Assembly (NCBI RefSeq): GCF_001194135.2
Contig: NC_068999.1
Span: 40,177,421 to 40,241,420, forward strand
DNA length: 64,000 nucleotides
Direction of reading: 5' to 3'
From: Octopus bimaculoides
Taxonomy: Eukaryota
The position numbers and the translations under genes are program-made. The notes beneath the pieces were generated by a model. The model searched no databases. It saw nothing but the letters and a program-made list of their open reading frames with translations, and was not told the origin of the DNA. Positions 56,849 to 64,000 of this stretch are shown piece by piece; position 1 is the stretch's first letter, and each line of letters starts with the position of its first letter.

Positions 56849-57489
56849 TGTATGTATCATATATGTATCATATATGTATATATATAAACTCTCGGACCTT
56901 GAGTCACTCTGTTACTTCTAAATGTTAATATATGTACTTGCTTGTGTGTGTGTGTGTATGTACATTTGTATAAATTCATTTACATCTTGACAGTCTACTA
57001 GACTATATAAACTATAAATGAGTAAGAAAGATGTACAGGTGTCAGTTCATTAAGGCCGTTTCAAGTGACACCTTTAATTGATTAATGAAAACATTATATC
57101 ATTGCAAAGAAACCGTTTTCGTCAGATGACTGGTTAGACTTCACGCACAAAGAACAAACTAACTGTTTTAACATATTCGTATCACCAACTGGAGCACACA
57201 TATTTACATTGATTCCGCTGCTTTTATCTTTAGCAGAATGTGTTTGTAAAATAGTCTATGAAGTGTCGAACCTACGACAATTCAGAGGCTAATAGAGGTT
57301 ATAGTCGGGGTAGGTGAATAATTGAGTGTAGTGACCTAGTTACCTACACTTCGAAGACAATGGGGGGAATGTAGTCTTCAATCATCCAAAATTAGATCTT
57401 TTGGCAGTTGTTGCTGTATTCTGGACGAAGGTGATAAATAAGTTTATATCGTGACAGCCTAAGATAATTATATATATGTACATATATAT

Positions 57490-57711
57490 ACTCTCTTTTA
57501 CTTTTTACTTTTTTCAGTCATTTGACTGCGGCCATGCTGGAGCACCGACTTTGGTCGAGCAAATTGACCACAGAACTTATTCTTTGTAAGCCTAGTACTT
57601 ATTCTATCGGCCTCTTTTGTCGAACCGCTAAGTTACAAGGATGTAAACACACCAGCATCGCTTGTCAAGCGATGGGGGGACAAACACAGACACACAAACA
57701 AACACACACAC

Positions 57712-57760
<49 letters not shown>

Positions 57761-57930
57761 CACATATACAGGACGGGCTTCTTTCAGTTTCCGTCTACCA
57801 AATCCACTCACAAGGCTTTGGTCGGCTCGGGGCTATAATAGAAGACACTTACCCAAGGTGACAAGGTGATACGCAGTGGGACTGAATCTAGAACCATGTG
57901 GTTGGTAAACAAGATACTTACCACACAGTC
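57490..57930 (-). mobile_element. Full-length CORE-type SINE family B with internal (CA)n(TA)n
   Basis: Reverse complement: tRNA-like head GTGACTGTGTGGTAAG..GGTTCTAGATTCAGTCCCACTGCG, CORE-like CACCTTG..GGTAAGTGTCTTCT, GGATTTGGTAGACGGAAACTGAAAGAAGCCCGTC, microsatellite, then 3' GGTGCTCCAGCATGGCCGCAGTCAAATGACTG and an (AAAAGT)n-like tail. Confidence 0.95.
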
Positions 57931-57939
57931 ACGTCGTGT

Positions 57940-58095
57940 ATTTTTGTCCCAGAAACATAGCAGTTCGGCGAAAGAAAACGATGGAATAAGTACTAGACTT
58001 ACAAAGAATATAACCTTGGGTTGTTTTCTTCAACTAAACGCGGTGCACCAGCATAGCGGCAATGAAATGGCTGAAACAATTAAAAGAATAAAGTT
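57940..58095 (+). mobile_element. SINE family B 3' half, inverted relative to the adjacent copy
   Basis: TAGCAGTTCGGCGAAAG..GAATAAGTACTAGACTTACAAAGAATA..GGTGCACCAGCATAGC. Confidence 0.9.
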
Positions 58096-58620
58096 AAAAC
58101 ATATTCAAATGATCCTACATCTATACACGATTTGAGAGATGCGATAAGAATGTACTTTGTACGCCTTAAAGAAATGCAGTTGCTAACAGTATTTCGTGAG
58201 ATTCAAAATTCTATTACAGTTTGAACAACTAAGGACGAATGGACATAGGGCAAATTATCAATCTTAATGATCTATATATCAAAATATCTAATACGTTTCT
58301 ACGCTAATAATTTTCAGGAAATAACTGTAAAACAAATTGTTACAAATTATAAATTTAAAACAAATACATAGATATAAGTGCGCGTGTATGTATGTGCGTG
58401 TGTTTGTGTGTGTGTGGGTGTGTGTGTGTGCTTGTGTGTGTGTGAGTGTGTGTGTGTGTTTATTAGAGAGAGAAAGGGGAGAGCAGGAGAATTAGGTAGA
58501 TAGATGGATAGATTTAGAAAGATAGATCAACATGCACCTTTTCAGTTAAATATGTGTGTGTGTGTGTATGTATGTATGTATTTACACTAGTAAGTTTTGA
58601 AGTATCTATATATATAGTTC

Positions 58621-58688
58621 AACAAGCAGGTGTATCAATCTGACGCTCGGGAAGGTGAGAAAGTCTTTTACGTTTTGAGCCTGCGCTC
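58621..58688. repeat. Second copy of the 24107 repeat
   Basis: See 24107-24208; this copy continues TTTTGAGCCTGCGCTC. Confidence 0.6.
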
Positions 58689-59184
58689 ATTATATATATA
58701 TATACATGTATACACACACATTCATACATAGGCACAAACATCCTTACGCACTTACAAAGAAACACATACATACACGCACACACATATCCACAGATAGATG
58801 GCTGTGATAGCTAAAGATATTCACAGCTAGACATAAATATATTTATATATTCATACATACATATAAACCTTATATGCGTGCATACAAATATTTGTAGGTG
58901 GTTTGTATGTATTAGATGTCATCTGGTAAACAATAGAATACAAAATAGAGGAGAACGGATGCCAGAGGTGCTTTCTTCATATTTAATTTGTTTGAACGTT
59001 CAGCGCAGCCTGAATACACAGAGAATGGAAGTAACCCTTTCATTATGATTTAGATTTCAACAATTCGCCCGGTAATCTCAATAATCGATTGCAGAAATAA
59101 TAATTGAAATATTTGGGTTTCATTTGTTTGTATTTTACTCCTCCATCATCCCTTTCCCCCTCTTGTTTCTCCTTCAAATTTTTA

Positions 59185-59237
59185 TTAGTATTGTTATTGT
59201 CATCATAATCATCACCACCATCATCATCATCATCATC

Positions 59238-59299
<62 letters not shown>

Positions 59300-59340
59300 C
59301 ATAATTATCATTATTATTATTATTATTATTGTTATTATTA

Positions 59341-59371
<31 letters not shown>

Positions 59372-59403
59372 CATTATCATAATCATTATTATTATTATTG
59401 TTG

Positions 59404-59446
<43 letters not shown>

Positions 59447-59530
59447 CATCATCATCATCATCATCATCATCGTCGTCATCATTATTATGATTATTTTCGT
59501 CGTCGTCGTTGTTTTTGTTACTATTATTAG
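59185..59530. repeat. Long compound (ATC)n/(ATT)n/(GTT)n array
   Basis: Direct read. Confidence 0.95.
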
Positions 59531-60587
59531 ATGTTGTTGTTATTTGATGTTATTCCTACGTTTTAAATTTTTTTTTAGTTCGCCTGAAAGTTTCGATCTT
59601 ATCATCGTTCCCCGAAATTCCCCTGGCACTAATGTTATCATAACGATCAATTTCCTCTTTGACCTCGCATAGTCATAAATAAATACCATTTTAATTAATG
59701 TTTTAATCTTAATTATCTTCTAGACGTAGAAAATAAGAAAAGAAAAGCGAAGGAGAAATAGCAGAAAATTAAGTAACTAACAGTGAAATATACACAATAA
59801 ATACATAAATGAATAAAACTTTCTAGAAAATAACTTGATGTGCAAACAAGAAATAGGAAACTCAGAATTAAAAATAAAAATTCAGAAAGATATTTGAAAA
59901 ATGGGAAACAAAAGAAAATATAGGAAAATTACAAGTTATAATAATATCTAATGCATTAAACGGTAAACAAATAGAGAAATATCTTCTCGTAAATATAAGT
60001 AAGGAGCCAGATAGAATAAAACGCTGAGATATTGTAATTAAGAAAGAAATCAAATGTTTATATATTTTAGCTTTGAATATTTCTACCCAGGAGGATGCTG
60101 CAGCATGGTCTAACAATCTGCTAGAAAGAGCAGCTAATATATGTGTACTTTCCACCCAATATCCTGTGAGAAATCGAAAATTGGATAACGTGATCTGACG
60201 TAATCTTTTAAAGAGAGAAAACTAGACATCAATGTTTCATTGGTTTTTGACACAAGTTTGCAAGATCGAGTCTTGTGTTCGAGTAACGAACAGCAAATGT
60301 GACGAATAAGACCTTTCATATTTGTTTGAAAATGTTAAGGTAATTAGGACATGCTGTATGTTATTACAGTTTAGCCCTTAGCTATACATGTTCAGGCATA
60401 CTTATCATCAATGACCAGTCGTGTTATGGCCATGCTAGCTCTTTAGAACAACTTGCGTTCCATTGTCTAATGTGTCCTTATTTATTTAGATAAAGTTTTA
60501 TAGAGTTTCCTGAAATTTAGACCAAGGGGAAATAAGACGTACAGATTCCGGTGCCAGGAAGGATGACAAGTTTGATTCATTGCATAA

Positions 60588-60863
60588 CTATAATGCCATT
60601 TTCAAAGCGTATGCTGCAGCAGCAGCAGTAGCAGTAGCAGTAGCAGTAGTAGTATTAGTAGTAGTTCTTCCTTCATTCATGTCTGGTCTAGTAGTAGTAG
60701 TTCTTCTTTCATTCATGCCTGGTCTATGCATGACCCTGTCTCCCTGCAACAGATCTTTTACTGCATCTATATATTCATCTAGTTCGTGGTAGGACAGAAG
60801 ACGCGGTACAGCAAACGTCATCGTCGAATCGACAGAGTACCATACCAGCAGTAGAAGGAGCAT
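60588..60863 (-). CDS. Hypothetical 91-aa secreted Thr-rich peptide (single ORF or exon)
   Basis: MLLLLLVWYSVDSTMTFA-VPRLLSYHELDEYIDAVKDLLQGDR..; hydrophobic N-terminus, helix-like middle, in-frame 36-nt duplication, AATAAA about 100 nt after the stop. No homology recognised. Confidence 0.3.
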   Translation of the reverse strand: MLLLLLVWYSVDSTMTFAVPRLLSYHELDEYIDAVKDLLQGDRVMHRPGMNERRTTTTRPDMNEGRTTTNTTTATATATAAAAAYALKMAL

Positions 60864-61651
60864 CACGTGTTCAGTGCTTTTCTATGCTCAAATTTTGTAA
60901 ATGTTTCACCTTCAAGCTCGAGTAAATCTACTTTCAGAGGAATTCAAAAGTCTCTTTGAAACGACACTGAATGTATGTATGTACATATGTGTGTATACAT
61001 AGATACGCGAATACACACATACACTAGATACACACATACACACATTCATATATAGAAAAATCAAATACAGAAAATATCCTGGGGTCGTAACTAATCAATA
61101 ATGTTAGATTGACCTTCTAAGATAAGAAAAAAGTTATATAGTAACATTATAACGCCTCCGACATTGTCGTTCGTTTTATTCTAGAGAAGTCCAAGGAACG
61201 ATAGCAACGACGCGAGGAAAGAGATAAGAAAAACGAGAGAGAAATGCAGAGAATAAGATGTACGTGGGCTGGCTTCACATATTTTAGCTCAACTCAGGGG
61301 AGGCATTTCAGAAAAATCAATAGATAGTTATGTGGTTAGACATTAACTAGATATTGATGTATTAAATATTTAACTCGGACTTTCAATTTGTAGTGGAAAA
61401 GCATTATTTAGGGTGGAAAAAAACCCAAAACAATCATCGTAAAACCATATATGTTACTGCTTTTCCTTCACTGCATAATTTTTTTCATTGAATTTTATCG
61501 ATCAATATATGTGGTTACAAAACCTCCATTAATAGAGATATTTTTTTAGAGTCAGGTGCAAATATCAGGCAATAGTTCAAACGGTCAGTTTTTTTTATTT
61601 TTTTTTATTATTTCTTTGCAATTATTATTTACGATATATAAAGAATGAAAT

Positions 61652-61810
61652 ACGGCGATGTGTTTGAATTGTTAGCTCAGAACGAAAAATGCTTAGCAGC
61701 ATTGCTTCCTTTCAAATCCCGCCGTGGTCATCTTTGCTTTTCATCCCTTCAGCGTCCATAAAATAATGTACCAGTTACGTACTGACTCGATGTAATCGAC
61801 TTGTTCCCTC
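61652..61810 (+). mobile_element. SINE family A, internally deleted
   Basis: AAATGCTTAGC..TCAAATCCCGCCGTGGTC..TTTGCTTTTCATCC..ATAAAATAATGTACCAG..GATGTAATCGACT. Confidence 0.85.
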
Positions 61811-62785
61811 CGTTGCTTGTTTGAACAGCGCAGCAGACCGGTGGCCCGTTCAGAGATACTATTGTGATCTCGAACAATTATATAGGCTATGGGAAGCAGA
61901 TAACGTTCTAGAGCTCAAGAAAAATGAAAAACCAAAACAAATTAAATCTATCGACCTTATGTATGAACACGTTACACAGGCTTAGAATGATGTTAAAATA
62001 CTAACAAAGTACCTATGTCGAATATAATATCACCGACCACCAATGAGACTTTAAGGCATTCCATCGGTCAAATAATATCAATAACATTAACCGTAATTCT
62101 ATAGATCTAGTCTAATATATCTTCGACTACATTATCAAATATTTGTTTGTTTTTCTGGGTTTATTTTTTTTTCTCAAGACAGCAAGGTCCGATTGAAGGT
62201 GATTTATACGAAATCTTTAGCGACTCGTGGGAATGCACTGAGGTGCTACAACCATCCATAGAGTTCGTGTAATATATATTCAGTTCCATAATCAAGATCA
62301 ATAAGTATTAAACTATCAGGTATTGAACTAAATGCTTTAGATAAAACCGAAACTAAATCATAAATATGGAAACTTTGTAACTTCTATAGACTTGTTTATT
62401 CTAAAGACTATTCGACGATATGATAATCGTTTGGTTATTGTAAAGTTAACTATAACATGCTATTTTAAGTCGATAATCGCTACGTAGTCAATATTGAATT
62501 TGTACCCAGTAGTGGTAGTATTGATAGTAGCAATAGTGGTAGTCGAACGGTAAGCTAGTAGATATTGTTGTTATTGTGGTGGTGTTGGTGGTGGTGGTTG
62601 GGGAAGTGAAGTGATATTCTTCTGTTGTTCTGTGGTTCTAGCGTCGTTTTTGAAATGCAACTGGAAGATCACAGCATTTAGACTGTTAATGCTATCTTTA
62701 ATATTCAATTGAATAGTTTTGAAAACAATACAAATAAAGAACGAAAGAAAAAAAACAGCGAAAAACCACGTGTATAAATAATGGG

Positions 62786-62910
62786 AGAAGAAGAAGAAGA
62801 AGAAGAAGAAGAAGAAGAAGAAGAAGAAGAAGAAGAAGAAGAAGAAGAAGAAGAAGAAGAAGAAGAAGAAGAAGAAGAAGAAGAAGAAGAAGAAGAAGAA
62901 GAAGAAGAAA
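62786..62910. repeat. (GAA)n pure purine tract of about 40 units
   Basis: Direct read. Confidence 0.95.
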
Positions 62911-63212
62911 GAAGAAGATGGTGGTTTTAGTGTAAACCTATCTAACTTGTGTGTGCTCGGTTTGCTTTTTATCATTCCGTATATGTAAATACTACCCTAC
63001 ACATATTTGGAAATAATTTACACTTGGCCAATTCTTCAAGCATTCATATATAAAACAGATATATATTACATTCCCCTCTATTTCTGCAGACTTAATTCAA
63101 CGATTTTAATAATCGCCTATTGTCTTTCGTGCATGTGTGAGATACAATTTTGCTTGCTTCCCTTCATAGCCGTTGCGTACGGTATTGTTATTAGTATTAT
63201 AATATTTTATTA

Positions 63213-63277
<65 letters not shown>

Positions 63278-63325
63278 ACTATTATTGTTGTTGTTGTTGC
63301 TGTTGTTGTTATTGTTATTATTATT
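63213..63325. repeat. (TAT)n/(TGT)n compound microsatellite
   Basis: Direct read. Confidence 0.95.
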
Positions 63326-63429
63326 ATATTTTTGCCGCTTCAATTTATACAATGGAAGCTGTGTTATGTCAGCCGATCAATGATCAACAGAGGTAATTCC
63401 TTCATTCAGAAGATATCGAACATTTAGAA

Positions 63430-63473
<44 letters not shown>

Positions 63474-63888
63474 NNNNNNNNNNNNNNNNNNNNNNNNNNN
63501 NNNNNNNNNNNNNNNNTATTTATTTATTTATTTATTTATCTATTACATTTCTTCAATTTTTTCCTTATTTATTTATTTTTTTTGTCTCGGTACCCATTTC
63601 TTATTTATTTATTTATAAGCTTTTATTTTTTAGCCCTAATTTGTTTTCCTATATTTTTCCCAGTCTCATTCACCGTAACCTACCATCCAGTAACGCTTAC
63701 CTCGCTCTCCTCCAGTTTAACTCTCAGACTGATATAATCGTATGTATGTAAGTAAATATGTGTGTGTGTCTGCGAGTGTGTGTGTATATGTGTGTTTGTG
63801 TATATGTACGTAATTATATATATGTATGCATATATATATACATATATGTATGCATTATATATATATATATATATACATNNNNNNNNNN

Positions 63889-63933
<45 letters not shown>

Positions 63934-64000
63934 ATGTATATATATTTGTGTATGCACTGATATATATTATGCTTGTATGTATGTATATATGTATGTGTGT

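Noticed and set aside
63701-63728. Minus-strand mini-exon LRVKLEESE, and similar AG..GT candidates at 10447-10496, 22201-22248 and 47719-47766
   Set aside because: They cannot be assembled into a consistent or recognisable protein; splice-like pairs occur by chance.

Overview
AT-rich eukaryotic intronic or intergenic DNA from a gapped short-read assembly; most N-gaps sit beside (TA)n/(CA)n tracts. The SINE families and microsatellite load look like a coleoid cephalopod, probably Octopus (inference, not a database result). I can support no intact protein-coding gene, tRNA, rRNA or CRISPR array. Most ORF-track entries are translations of microsatellites or N-runs. The window contains three tRNA-derived SINE families (my labels A, B and C), decayed R4/Dong-like retrotransposons with a restriction-like endonuclease (RLE), a decayed RTE LINE, two Tc1/mariner remnants and many simple repeats. 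Best leads: (1) RLE retrotransposon ends tailed by, and in one case embedded in, (AAT)n arrays, one array also forming the tail of a SINE; (2) a 107-nt near-perfect hairpin that may be a TA-flanked MITE; (3) a ~113-bp CORE-less mini-SINE carrying (TG)n with a 9-bp target-site duplication (TSD); (4) a 91-aa ORF resembling a secreted Thr-rich peptide. Repeat family names come from recalled consensus motifs and need a database check. Boundaries of degenerate elements are approximate.
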